From: Candidatus Caldarchaeum sp.
GTDB taxonomy: Archaea > Thermoproteota > Nitrososphaeria_A > Caldarchaeales > Caldarchaeaceae
DNA: 64,000 nt
Assembly (NCBI GenBank): GCA_038831915.1
Contig: JAWBKB010000004.1
Coordinates: 42,253 to 106,252, forward strand
Reading direction: 5' to 3'
Under the pieces are notes generated by a model, which saw nothing but the letters and a program-made list of their open reading frames with translations, did no database searches and was not told the DNA's origin. Position 1 is the first letter of the stretch. The number at the start of each line of letters is the position of its first letter. The translations under genes and the position numbers were made by a program. Below, one piece after another: positions 8,926-18,967 of this stretch.

Positions 8926-9492
8926 TTATGGCTTTTCAACCAATGAAAGCTGGAATGTTTTTTCGGAGGCTTCTGCTTTTCGCATTTTATCAACCATGTC
9001 ACGGAGGTCGAGTTCGCGGTATCTGTCTGGAGCCGCTGACAAAGCCCTCAGCGCTCTTTTAATGATTGAATGGAATCCATTCCTGTCATTTTTCTGCAGA
9101 TGTACATACGCCGCTGCCGTCAGAATAATACCGTGCAAAATTGTTTTTTCCTCACCTTTGGCCTCTTTCCACAGCGGTTCAAGTGCTTCATGAGCCTCCC
9201 AAAACCGCTCAGCGTTGAAGAGCTCCAGCGCCTTCACGAACTCCGCATCCCTGTCGATTACAGTTTTTTCGACAAGCTCGACGACTTCGATTATCTCAAA
9301 GCCGTGGAGAATTGGATTTTCACCGCTCTGTACATCGATTTCAACATGGTTCGAAGCAACACGAACGTCGACGACTTTCAAACCCTGCGACCGTACGACT
9401 TCAATCAGCCGCCTCGAATCTTCAGGCCCATAGCCATCATTTCTAACGATGATGATGAAACGCTTCATCTCGACGTAGTTTCCATTACCCAT
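8926..9492 (-). CDS. DUF309 domain protein with an N-terminal extension
   Basis: LFNAERFWEAHEALEPLW...GIILTAAAYVH. Confidence 0.8.
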   Translation of the reverse strand: MGNGNYVEMKRFIIIVRNDGYGPEDSRRLIEVVRSQGLKVVDVRVASNHVEIDVQSGENPILHGFEIIEVVELVEKTVIDRDAEFVKALELFNAERFWEAHEALEPLWKEAKGEEKTILHGIILTAAAYVHLQKNDRNGFHSIIKRALRALSAAPDRYRELDLRDMVDKMRKAEASEKTFQLSLVEKP

Positions 9493-9806
9493 TCGAGATA
9501 ATCCTTGTTCACGTCGGAAAGCAGCAGCTCTAAAATCGCCGGGACCCTGTATGGATGCTCGGCCTTAACGACCTTTTTCAGTTCGTCAGCTTTCTCACGA
9601 CTTGTCTTCATCACGAGAATAATTTCGTCCTCTACATGCAGTCTACCCTCCCAGAAGAGGAAGGATTTCCCATGCAAGGCGTTTATGCTCGCAGCCAACT
9701 TTCTCTCCATGAGGCTTTTGCACCAGGCTGCGTAATCGCGGTCCGCCGGGAAAGGCACATAAAGCATGCAGATCAATTTCACATCCAAAACCTCCAACCG
9801 TCTCAC
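9465..9806 (-). CDS. cutA: Divalent-cation tolerance protein CutA
   Basis: RKLAASIN...FWEG...MKT...HPYRVPAI...NKDYLEWV. Confidence 0.85.
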   Translation of the reverse strand: MRRLEVLDVKLICMLYVPFPADRDYAAWCKSLMERKLAASINALHGKSFLFWEGRLHVEDEIILVMKTSREKADELKKVVKAEHPYRVPAILELLLSDVNKDYLEWVMETTSR

Positions 9807-9857
9807 ATCTCACGGTGACATTAAAATTCTTGTAGAAAGCCTTTCTCTGGGAAAATT

Positions 9858-11771
9858 ATGTTACCATACGCGCCTTGGCTGGCGTGGATAACACCCCTCA
9901 TCGGCAGCCTCTTCGTTCCTCTGGCCTTTCGCGGAGGAAAGAGGGTGGGAGAAATTTATTCTGTCCTCGTCGCGTTTGTCGCCGCTGCTTTCAGCCTCTC
10001 CATGATTCCAGACGTCTATGGGAAAGCGCGTGGAGAGGTTATAGAGGTGCCTTGGATACCTTTGGGCGGGGACCGTTACATCGAAGCGAGCCTGCTGGTC
10101 GACCCGCTGAGCGTCTTGATGGCCTCTATCGCGACGGGAATAGGCGCCCTAATCGTGCTTTACAGCGTTGGATACATGGCTCATGAAGACGGGCTGCCTC
10201 GTTACTACTTCTTTATGCTGTTTTTCATCGGAGGCATGACCCTTCTCGTCCTGTCTGAAAACCTGTTGATGCTATACATCGGATGGGAAATCGTCGGACT
10301 GTGCAGCTACGCCCTCATCGGTTTTTACAACAAAAAACCCGAAGCAAACCACGCCGGCATCAAGGCTTTCGTGACGACAAGAATCGGAGACGCGTCAATG
10401 CTCGTTGGAATTGTGATTCTGTTTGTTGTTTTCGGCACATTCAGTTTCACAGAGCTTGAAAAAGCCATGCTTAAAGGCATTCAGGAGGGAACTGTTTCAG
10501 CGGCGTTTCTATTCATACCGTTTCTACTGCTGTTTGGAGGAGCGGTTGGAAAGTCCGCGCAATTCCCGCTTCATGTTTGGCTTCCCGACGCCATGGAAGG
10601 CCCGACACCTGTTTCCGCGCTTATCCACGCTGCAACCATGGTCAAAGCAGGCGTATACCTCGTTGCCCGGATTATCTACACAGTCATCCCGTTCGAAGCC
10701 TTTCCACCGGCTCTTTTTGCAGACTGGTACCTCACCATCGCGCTAATCGCTGGCTTCACCGCATTCTTTGCAGCCACCATGGGCCTTGTATCGCCTGACA
10801 TCAAACGGGTTATAGCCTATTCGACCATCAGCCAGCTTGGGCTTATGCTCGCCGCATTGGGAATGGCTTCTGAAATAGGCTGGTTCGGCGGTGTCTTTCA
10901 CGTCTTAAGCCACAGCATCTTCAAAGCACTGCTATTCCTCGCAGCCGGGGCGGTCATCCACGCAGTTCACACAAACAACCTCGACGAAATGGGAGGCCTT
11001 CGCAACAAAATGCCTATCACATTCTGGACATCCACGGTGGGAGTTCTCTCCCTCGCAGGAGTGCCATTACTCAGCGGTTTCTGGAGCAAAGACATCATCA
11101 TCGAATCATCCCTGAAATCAGCAAACTACGTCGTCTACCTTTTCATCGTAGGTGCATCAGTTTTGACCGTGGCATACAGCCTACGGTGGCTTTACAAAGT
11201 TTTCCTTGCACCGTCCAACCACGTCCATCATAACCATGTTCACGAAGCGCCGAAAGTAATGACTGTTCCGCTAATCATCCTCGCAGCACTTTCCGTAATC
11301 GTCGGCGTAACAGGACTCTGGTTCGAAGAAGAATTCCATCACTATCTCGGGCTGCATGGAAAATTCTCCGTAAGCCCCGCGACCTATGCAACCACTGCAG
11401 CCATTCTCGCAGTGGGCGGGGGGCTAGGATACATCTTCTACATCGGCGCTGTGCGAAACCCCGCGGACATAAGGCAAACACCACTCGGAGCATCACTACA
11501 CAAACTTTTCATCAATAGATACTACATCGACGCATTTTACTACAGAGCCTTCGTCGAGGGGCTTGACAGACTTGCCTCAGCAATCCATAAATTCATAGAG
11601 CTGAAAGTAATTGATGGGTTCAACTACTTCATTTCACGCGTCACCGTAAGCTTCGTACAGGTTTTCCGAAATATTCAGACGGGAGAAAGCAACATTAACA
11701 TTAGCGGCCTCATCATAGGTCTCGCAATCTTCCTTCTACTCATCCTAAGATTTCTGTACGGGCTTGGTTGA
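9858..11771 (+). CDS. nuoL: NADH-quinone oxidoreductase subunit L (antiporter-like)
   Basis: GWEIVGLCSYALIGF, KAFVTTRIGD, GKSAQFPLHVWLPDAMEGPTPVSALIHAATMV, KRVIAYSTISQLG. Confidence 0.92.
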   Translation: MLPYAPWLAWITPLIGSLFVPLAFRGGKRVGEIYSVLVAFVAAAFSLSMIPDVYGKARGEVIEVPWIPLGGDRYIEASLLVDPLSVLMASIATGIGALIVLYSVGYMAHEDGLPRYYFFMLFFIGGMTLLVLSENLLMLYIGWEIVGLCSYALIGFYNKKPEANHAGIKAFVTTRIGDASMLVGIVILFVVFGTFSFTELEKAMLKGIQEGTVSAAFLFIPFLLLFGGAVGKSAQFPLHVWLPDAMEGPTPVSALIHAATMVKAGVYLVARIIYTVIPFEAFPPALFADWYLTIALIAGFTAFFAATMGLVSPDIKRVIAYSTISQLGLMLAALGMASEIGWFGGVFHVLSHSIFKALLFLAAGAVIHAVHTNNLDEMGGLRNKMPITFWTSTVGVLSLAGVPLLSGFWSKDIIIESSLKSANYVVYLFIVGASVLTVAYSLRWLYKVFLAPSNHVHHNHVHEAPKVMTVPLIILAALSVIVGVTGLWFEEEFHHYLGLHGKFSVSPATYATTAAILAVGGGLGYIFYIGAVRNPADIRQTPLGASLHKLFINRYYIDAFYYRAFVEGLDRLASAIHKFIELKVIDGFNYFISRVTVSFVQVFRNIQTGESNINISGLIIGLAIFLLLILRFLYGLG

Positions 11772-13146
11772 CAGACTGCAACTTGAAAACACATTTTCTT
11801 CCATGCGTCGCACAACATTCGACTTCAACACACATCATTCCTCTGCCAATGAAAACGGTTGAACTAGCCGCGATTAAATTGGCTAAACAACCACAAACCG
11901 GCTCAGCAGCTTTTATTCCAACGCATAGCTTACACGAGCTGAACTCCACAACATAAGTGTCGAAACTTTCTTTTCTGATTCGGGGCTTCATCTCCGTAAC
12001 TTCTATCAAAAACTTTTCCATGGTTTTCTCAAAGTTGCGCTTTCCATTTTCAACGCTCATAGCAGCTGCCAAGAGCCTCGCGTACAATTCCGTCAGGAAA
12101 AGCGTTAATGATTCGCTTTCCCATGCTTTGGGGAAGTTGACGGAGACATAGCTCGAAATAGTGTCCAGCATATCCTTTGTTTCCACACACGCTAAAGTCC
12201 GCAGTTTCTGCAGAACTTTTCTCCTGTAATCACCCTGTCCTATTAACCGCTCTTCGTCATCATCATGTCTGAACATTTTAACAAACCCTCTGTCGACAAA
12301 GGCAGCAATCTTTAAAGCAAGATCATCGAGTTTGTCAGGATAAACACGTTTCAGCATGCCCATCGTCAACCCATTAATCTCTTTCAACAGGAGCAAGTCA
12401 TTCAGCGGTAAAAGCGGAGAAGAAGCTCCGGTGTAGACGACTTTTAACCGATCGTCTGCCAAAAGCTTATGCGCTAAATTTTTTACAGCTGCCTCAACAC
12501 CTACTACAGGTTCCACGACGATCAGTTCGTCGTTTTTTATCAAATACGGAATTGGTCTAAGGTGAAAACCCTCTCGGGCTATTCGCATCGGAACGAAAAA
12601 GTTTTGAAATTTGCTGGCGCTTTTCTCGGTCGTAAGCTCGATTGCGCCGTCCACAATCGCGATGAGTTTTTTTTCAAAATCGCTAAATGTCTTTTTGGGT
12701 AAGAGGAAAAATTCGAGATGGCCTGTCTGTTTTATTTCGGCTCTCCAAAAATCGATGAGCCTGAGAACCTGCTCCGCGCCATGTTTAACCAGAAGCTCGG
12801 GTAAATAGACATGGACGAAAATTCGGGGAGTGGAAGCTCTCCTAACCTTGTTAACAGCTATCGAAAGTTCTTGAAGGTTGTCGACCTCGACGATGGATCT
12901 GTTAAAACGGCCTACGTAGCTTTGCCTAGGTGAAACAAACTCTGTCAACGGCTGGTTTTTGTAAAGTTTCCGAATAAACTCAGCCGCTTCGCTAAAAGTT
13001 TCGTCCAAAACAAGAATAGACATCCCCCATGAAATATCAACGATGTTATCAAACTGCCTATTTCCCGTTAAAGCAGGTGTAACATCATGTCCTGCGACCT
13101 TCAAAATATCGTTCCCGACTACGACCACCACCTTTTGATTTGTCAC
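11740..13146 (-). CDS. Degenerate KaiC/RecA-like domain fused to a C-terminal V4R domain
   Basis: N-terminal LTGNRQFD...IVDGAIEL without an intact Walker A; C-terminal CKLC...VCG...VEVECCATHGRKCVF. Confidence 0.65.
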   Translation of the reverse strand: MTNQKVVVVVGNDILKVAGHDVTPALTGNRQFDNIVDISWGMSILVLDETFSEAAEFIRKLYKNQPLTEFVSPRQSYVGRFNRSIVEVDNLQELSIAVNKVRRASTPRIFVHVYLPELLVKHGAEQVLRLIDFWRAEIKQTGHLEFFLLPKKTFSDFEKKLIAIVDGAIELTTEKSASKFQNFFVPMRIAREGFHLRPIPYLIKNDELIVVEPVVGVEAAVKNLAHKLLADDRLKVVYTGASSPLLPLNDLLLLKEINGLTMGMLKRVYPDKLDDLALKIAAFVDRGFVKMFRHDDDEERLIGQGDYRRKVLQKLRTLACVETKDMLDTISSYVSVNFPKAWESESLTLFLTELYARLLAAAMSVENGKRNFEKTMEKFLIEVTEMKPRIRKESFDTYVVEFSSCKLCVGIKAAEPVCGCLANLIAASSTVFIGRGMMCVEVECCATHGRKCVFKLQSVNQARTEILG

Positions 13147-13365
13147 AATCCTATATTAGCCTTAACAGGCATCAGACCAACTATTTGCACGAATACATCG
13201 CGAAACACGTGCATTGGCCAATAGGTGTACGATGTAGACAGGACACCTTTGGCCGATTTCTCTCTATATTTATAATGTGTCGCAATCTTTATAAGTTATT
13301 GTGTAAAATCAAAACGAAAAACTTTTTTCCAACCCAATCCGCTATAAATCGAAATGATCGGAATA

Positions 13366-13503
13366 ATGAACCAAATCAGGTTTGTCCTATCAATCGGCCC
13401 ATCCAGAGAATCGTTGATAGCTCTTGCCGCCTTGGCGGCCGTTCTCGCCATACAGCTTATCGCAGCAGCATCAGCGGGTAGGCTTATCGACGCGTCAGAT
13501 TAA
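13366..13503 (+). CDS. Small single-TM peptide (45 aa), not in the ORF track
   Basis: MNQIRFVLSIGPSRESLIALAALAAVLAIQLIAAASAGRLIDASD; TATAAA box at about 13343. Confidence 0.5.
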   Translation: MNQIRFVLSIGPSRESLIALAALAAVLAIQLIAAASAGRLIDASD

Positions 13504-13511
13504 ACGCAGTA

Positions 13512-14519
13512 TCATACCCGTATTGTTTTCAACATTTTTTCTGCTTCAGCTATGAATTCAGCGACACCAGTCCAGCCAATTTCGAGCTGAAGTTCCACTG
13601 GTACCGCATATCGTCTTACTTCATATGGATTGATGATATGCATTTCTGCTTTTTCAGCGGGTTCAAGCCAAGGTGGCATGTGAAGACGAACTAATGCCCT
13701 TTTTCTGCTTATCGATACAGAGTGGAGAAAGTCTTCGTAAAACTCGTTTGTACTGTTAGGCAAGCTGACAAGCATGTATTTGACGTCTTCGTGATGTGTT
13801 TGCCTCACAGGCACGTATCCGGTCACGAGTCTTCCCGCCTCGACATGTTTCTCACGATGATAACTAATGAGTTGCGGCGAAACGTTGCAGTTCTTCGAGA
13901 TTTCTTTCATCTTTATCCTAGGGTTTAGCTCTAGTTCTTCGAGTATTGCCAAATCCAATTTATCGAAAAAGGTTCTCGCGTTGGTTTCACTGTACGGTAT
14001 GGTTGGAACAATCAGTTGCATTTTTCGGTCCCAGCGAGTTTGGTCAAAACTATACATCGATATCCATTCGGGTTTGTAGTAACCGTCGACGATTTCCTCG
14101 ACAAGGCAATTTTCGAAGACACCCGCGTCCTGCAAAAATTCAAACAGCCGAACATAGTTGTCTTTGTCGTCCTCAGGCGGAACCGTTTGGAAGAAGAACT
14201 CACCGCTGTTTTGAAGCGACGCTCTGTAAACAGTGTAGACGCGGTCTAGCCAATTAACAACCGTGTTTCGTATTGATTCGTTTATTTGCCTACTGAACCT
14301 GACAAACACCATGTGCGGCGAAAGCCCAATCGCTCGATAGTCAACGACTGGTAGAAACCTGAAACCAGCTTCGTGAAACTTCTTCAGATAGTATCGACAT
14401 GTTTCGACCGGGATGTCCAAGTCGAAGGCAATTCTGTTGACGCGAGTCGGGCCGTATTTAATCGCTGCTGCGATCACTGACGTGAAGGCCCATCGTGTGT
14501 CCGGTGATGATAGTTTCAT
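13512..14519 (-). CDS. Tandem Lrp/AsnC-like transcriptional regulator
   Basis: Two HTH regions (RIAFDLDIPVETCRYY; DKLDLAILEELELNPRIKMKEIS...SPQLISYH) and VDYRAIGL. Confidence 0.75.
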   Translation of the reverse strand: MKLSSPDTRWAFTSVIAAAIKYGPTRVNRIAFDLDIPVETCRYYLKKFHEAGFRFLPVVDYRAIGLSPHMVFVRFSRQINESIRNTVVNWLDRVYTVYRASLQNSGEFFFQTVPPEDDKDNYVRLFEFLQDAGVFENCLVEEIVDGYYKPEWISMYSFDQTRWDRKMQLIVPTIPYSETNARTFFDKLDLAILEELELNPRIKMKEISKNCNVSPQLISYHREKHVEAGRLVTGYVPVRQTHHEDVKYMLVSLPNSTNEFYEDFLHSVSISRKRALVRLHMPPWLEPAEKAEMHIINPYEVRRYAVPVELQLEIGWTGVAEFIAEAEKMLKTIRV

Positions 14520-14633
14520 CGGTTATAGAAACATTTATTAGTATTTATGCGTTTTAAAATCGCTTTTGGTTTTTTGTTTAGCCAACACGCGGCTCTACAA
14601 GCATTAAATTGTAGTTTTTAAAATTGTTGGCGG

Positions 14634-16121
14634 ATGTTGCCTGGAACGGAGCTCAAAATTCCACTGCTTTCTCTCGCTGTCATCCTTCCCATCGTTTTGA
14701 CTCCTTTCACGTTTCTGGTTGGCCGCGTTGCCTCGTGGAGAGCCGCGGCACTTTTCACCGCCGCCACCCTGTTTCTTCCTCTGGCCATGACTCTCATTTT
14801 GACACCGGCGGTTTTGGCGGGACAGTATTTTCACGAGGAATATGAATGGGTTCCGGCTTTCGGGCTGAAGGTCGGCTTCGTCCTAGATAGTCTAAGCTAC
14901 CCATTCATGCTTCTCATAACTCTGGTAGGCTTCCTCGCCGCAATCTATTCCACCAAATACATGGAAAAGGAGCACGGGTTGACAGCTTACTATACGTTGC
15001 TTCAATTGTTCGTCGCTGGGATGATTGGCGTCGTCCTCGTCACAAACCTCTTTCTGTTCTACATTTTCTGGGAGCTGATGTTAATACCTTCCTACGGTTT
15101 AATCGCTTATTGGGGAACCGGCAACCCTCGCTTAATAGGGTTCAAATATTTCATATTCACACATGCCGGAGCTCTGTCCTTGTTGATCGGCATCGCTTGG
15201 CTCGCCGCTGTCTTCGGCGACCTAAACATTTTCACACTTTCAAACCTCGCCCTGAGCGCGGCCGAATCACTGAGGCCCGTTCTCACGATCATCGGGTTGT
15301 TGATTTTCATAGGAGCGGCGGTCAAGATGGCTGTTTTTCCGTTTCACACATGGTTGCCAGATGCTCACGCTGAAGCTCCAACACCAATAAGCGTCTTGCT
15401 AAGCGGTGTGATGATTAAAACAGGTGTTTACGCGGTGGCGAGGCTTGTGCTCGGCATACTGCCTTTCACCATGGTCGACCTCCGTCTCCCCATTGCCGTG
15501 CTTGCTCTCATCAGCATGGTGTGGGGAGGAGTGATGGCCTTGGTTCAAACAGACATCAAACGACTTCTGGCCTACAGCAGCATCAGCCAAATCGGCTACA
15601 TAGTTTTCGGCCTTGCCACGGCAAACGTCGCGGGAATTCAAGGCGGACTATTCCACGTTCTAAACCATGGGTTTGCAAAAAGCCTACTTTTCATGGGCGC
15701 CGGCGTCTTAATCCACGAAGTAAACGAACGAGATATCCGAAAGCTAGGCGGCCTCGCCTCCAAAATGCCTTTGACAGCCATTGCGATGCTTCTCGGCGGC
15801 TTATCCATCGCGGGCACTCCACCGCTCGGCGGGTTCATGAGTGAATGGATGATTTTCGTCGGCGGCGTAGACGCGGGATGGACACTTTTCGTCGCTGTCG
15901 CTATCTTCGCCACCGCGATCACCGCGGGTTACTATCTTCGAATGATTCGAGCGGTCTTCTTCGGTGAAGGGACGCTTAAAGCATCCGACCCGGGTTTAGC
16001 CATGCTGGGCCCGATGTCACCGCTCATAGTGCTCGTTATTATCCTCGGTTTTCTCGCATCTCCTTTGATAGCCGTTGTCTCTCAAACCGCTTCATCGCTT
16101 GCCCTTTTCGTCCCTGCTTGA
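14634..16121 (+). CDS. nuoM: NADH-quinone oxidoreductase subunit M / MrpD-like antiporter subunit
   Basis: FYIFWELMLIP, KMAVFPFHTWLPDAHAEAPTPISVLLSG, DIKRLLAYSSISQ. Confidence 0.85.
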   Translation: MLPGTELKIPLLSLAVILPIVLTPFTFLVGRVASWRAAALFTAATLFLPLAMTLILTPAVLAGQYFHEEYEWVPAFGLKVGFVLDSLSYPFMLLITLVGFLAAIYSTKYMEKEHGLTAYYTLLQLFVAGMIGVVLVTNLFLFYIFWELMLIPSYGLIAYWGTGNPRLIGFKYFIFTHAGALSLLIGIAWLAAVFGDLNIFTLSNLALSAAESLRPVLTIIGLLIFIGAAVKMAVFPFHTWLPDAHAEAPTPISVLLSGVMIKTGVYAVARLVLGILPFTMVDLRLPIAVLALISMVWGGVMALVQTDIKRLLAYSSISQIGYIVFGLATANVAGIQGGLFHVLNHGFAKSLLFMGAGVLIHEVNERDIRKLGGLASKMPLTAIAMLLGGLSIAGTPPLGGFMSEWMIFVGGVDAGWTLFVAVAIFATAITAGYYLRMIRAVFFGEGTLKASDPGLAMLGPMSPLIVLVIILGFLASPLIAVVSQTASSLALFVPA

Positions 16122-16862
16122 CATTTGATCGACTAAGGCCGAAATTCGGCCAGTTAACTCGCTTATCAAAGCGTCACGGTTTTCTGGATTCGCTACGACG
16201 AGTTCAATCTCCGCGTCAACCGAGGATTGTCCAAATTTTTTGACAGTAAACATAGGTGGAAACCGATGGTCGAAGTTGGCCCGGTATTTGTAGACCTGCT
16301 TCAAAATAGCTGCTTCAGCTTCTGGCAGGCTTATGGTCGCTGGAATTGAAACAGGGATAGTTAACCTTCTCGACGCGACCGATGTTTTGTTAACAAGTAC
16401 TTGTTTTAGAAACAGAGAGTTGGGCACCGCGATTAGAGAGCCTTCGGAGCCGAGGAGAAGAGTTGTTACTTGGTTGATTTCGATTACTTTCCCCGCATAC
16501 TTACCGATTTGAATTTCATCCCCTTTTTTAAACGGCAAGTACACGCCTACGAGCACCTTCGAGAACAGGTTGGGTAGCAAATCACGCAAGCCGACGACGA
16601 CAAAAATCCCACCTAAGGCGATTAAAAGCAAAAGTACGTCCAGTACCAGTCCAAGCTGGTTTACCGCGACCAGTAATCCAACAAGCCAGACGAACAACGT
16701 GGCTAGACGCGCAGCCTGGTCAACCGTCAGCACAGGCACCGCTCTTAACGCGGTTCTCACCACTGCGTTCACCAATCTCGCCAAAACAAACGTGACTAAG
16801 ATGACGGCTGTGAAAACAAGAACACGTGAAAAAACCATCGATAAATCCATCCAGCCAAGCAT
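16092..16862 (-). CDS. Small-conductance mechanosensitive channel (MscS family)
   Basis: Three TM segments, then PFKKGDEIQIGKYAGKVIEI...VPNS. Confidence 0.85.
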   Translation of the reverse strand: MLGWMDLSMVFSRVLVFTAVILVTFVLARLVNAVVRTALRAVPVLTVDQAARLATLFVWLVGLLVAVNQLGLVLDVLLLLIALGGIFVVVGLRDLLPNLFSKVLVGVYLPFKKGDEIQIGKYAGKVIEINQVTTLLLGSEGSLIAVPNSLFLKQVLVNKTSVASRRLTIPVSIPATISLPEAEAAILKQVYKYRANFDHRFPPMFTVKKFGQSSVDAEIELVVANPENRDALISELTGRISALVDQMSSRDEKGKR

Positions 16863-16873
16863 CGGTGATACGT

Positions 16874-18223
16874 CTATCCCTCGATCACCTCTCTTAGAAC
16901 TCTACTTTCCTCGGTCATTCCTCTTTCGATGCTACACATCATCGCAGATTCTAAGCTTCTGTCACCAATTTCTTGTCGAAGTTTTTCGTCTTTGGCAAGC
17001 TTTGTTATGGCCTCGGCGAGTTCATCGACGCTTCGAATAACAAAGCCATTTGTGCCATTTTTAACCAGCTCCGCGATGCCTGCATTAGCGCTGACCAACG
17101 GCGGTTTCCCGTAAAGCCAGCTTTCCACTACAACCAGCCCAAACCCTTCCGCTTTCGACGGTAACACCGTCAGCGCGCATCTTTCATAAGCCGCGCCTAA
17201 AGCGGTTGAATTTACGTGACCTGTGAAAACAACCCTTCCATCCAAACCGTGAAGAGCGACCAACTCAACCAGCTTTTCCTTCCATCTCTCGGCCTTCGAC
17301 AACTTCAGACCTTGACTTGAGCTAGAGAAACTACCGTTGCCTACAATCAACAACTTGATATTTGGAATATGCTTAACGCATTTTGCTACGGCCTGAATGG
17401 CGATATCGTGTCCTTTTAGAGGGTCCAGCCGCGCCACCATCGCAACTACAAAGTCGTCTTCACGTATTCCATACTTGTCGCAGAATGCTTGAACTTCGCC
17501 TTTCGAAGGTTGAACATAGTCTTCAAAATCGATATAAGGATAGACTCGGTATATTTTCTTAGTGTATCCTAACTTTCGGAGAGAGTTTTCGTAGGAGCTG
17601 GAGCTCACCACTACGGCGTCGTAGGCTTCAAAATATTTCAACAAATAGTCCCTCCATTCGGCCGGGATCGCGAAATGGTTGAAAGGGATATGCCACCTGA
17701 AGATTTTCGGCTTTACCGTCGACAGCATTTTGCCTGTGGGCAGCTGCTGGAAATCATGAACATAGAATACGTCGAAATCTTTTTCCTTGTCAGCCTTTTT
17801 CAGCAGTTCGCTGCACAACCTATTGTATAAGTTGTAGTCCGCGTAATCCTCTTGCCAGACGAGTTCAATTATGTTTTTCTTACCTGAATCGAACATTCCA
17901 TGAAACAGGTTCCAAAAAGCTTCCTTGACAGCGCCGTATCCTTTTAGAAAAGGTTCATGGATTTTGACGTAGTTAAGTTCAATGTTTCCAATAGTGATTT
18001 TTTCGGGTCCATGCGGGTTTAAGGAAACCCAGACAGCAGATTCGAGCAGGTTTGTTCTGATTAATCGCTTGAGTAATGGATACAGCATGCGTGTAACTCC
18101 GCCCGGGGAGAAGACATAGTCAACGTCCTCCTTTAACTCAGACAAGTTGACGAAAACTCTATTTAGAAGGTTTGGATTCTTTATCCTAACCAACGGCGTC
18201 TGTGAACAGACCCCGATATGCAT
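16874..18223 (-). CDS. GT4 glycosyltransferase, trehalose synthase TreT-like
   Basis: VHDFQQL, FRWHIP, VARLDPLKG, EGFGLVVVESWLYGKP. Confidence 0.8.
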   Translation of the reverse strand: MHIGVCSQTPLVRIKNPNLLNRVFVNLSELKEDVDYVFSPGGVTRMLYPLLKRLIRTNLLESAVWVSLNPHGPEKITIGNIELNYVKIHEPFLKGYGAVKEAFWNLFHGMFDSGKKNIIELVWQEDYADYNLYNRLCSELLKKADKEKDFDVFYVHDFQQLPTGKMLSTVKPKIFRWHIPFNHFAIPAEWRDYLLKYFEAYDAVVVSSSSYENSLRKLGYTKKIYRVYPYIDFEDYVQPSKGEVQAFCDKYGIREDDFVVAMVARLDPLKGHDIAIQAVAKCVKHIPNIKLLIVGNGSFSSSSQGLKLSKAERWKEKLVELVALHGLDGRVVFTGHVNSTALGAAYERCALTVLPSKAEGFGLVVVESWLYGKPPLVSANAGIAELVKNGTNGFVIRSVDELAEAITKLAKDEKLRQEIGDRSLESAMMCSIERGMTEESRVLREVIEG

Positions 18224-18251
18224 AACGAATTTGAAGGTGTGATGTATATAA

Positions 18252-18941
18252 CTATGTTTGTTTCGACTCTTCCCTTCTTATTAGTTGAGAGGTTTCAATT
18301 TTTTCGAATAGTTCAGGAAAGTTTTCGCGAAAATATAGGCGGACAATGTAAACTGTTAATGCCATTGCTAATGCGCCTGCGAGGAATAATATCCATCTTG
18401 GATAGAAAAGTGATTCAGTCAGGAAGAGCGAAACTGCTATCCAGAGAGCTGGCACGAAAAGGAGAAAAATCGCGACAATTGCTTTTGTGACGAGCATTTT
18501 ATCAGCAAGCAGCCTCGCCAACGCCGAGCTGAACCCATCTTCAAGCTCGAGCTGCGACTGTGTATCAAAGCCAAGCCCGTATAAGACTTTTCCGATAACT
18601 TCGAACAACTCAGGATTCGAGGCGGCGTACAAATCCGGCCTCAACACGGCTTTTCTGGTCCCGGTTTTGTCGATTAAATCGATAGTGTTTCCTTCTGTTT
18701 TGATAATCAAGCCTCTTCTTTTAGCAATTTTTTCGACTTTAGCGAGGTTTTCAGCAGTGATCTGGAAGACCGGGTTTTTGAACGCCATGCCCAAGAGCGG
18801 AGGAGAATAAGGAATGTATTTGTTTACGACGAATGAGCCGTCCCTGAATTCAGGCATTTTCTCCTGAATGACGGCATCGGGAACGTTTTTGCTTATTTGT
18901 TCCTTGACGTGTTTGAAAGCTTTGACGAAAGCTTCGGACAT
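18252..18941 (-). CDS. Hypothetical membrane protein with two C-terminal TM helices
   Basis: ATG 18941 avoids overlap with the upstream ABC ATPase; hydrophobic C-terminus. Confidence 0.6.
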   Translation of the reverse strand: MSEAFVKAFKHVKEQISKNVPDAVIQEKMPEFRDGSFVVNKYIPYSPPLLGMAFKNPVFQITAENLAKVEKIAKRRGLIIKTEGNTIDLIDKTGTRKAVLRPDLYAASNPELFEVIGKVLYGLGFDTQSQLELEDGFSSALARLLADKMLVTKAIVAIFLLFVPALWIAVSLFLTESLFYPRWILFLAGALAMALTVYIVRLYFRENFPELFEKIETSQLIRREESKQT

Positions 18942-18967
18942 CACTATTCCGCCGGGCTTTCGCCTAT

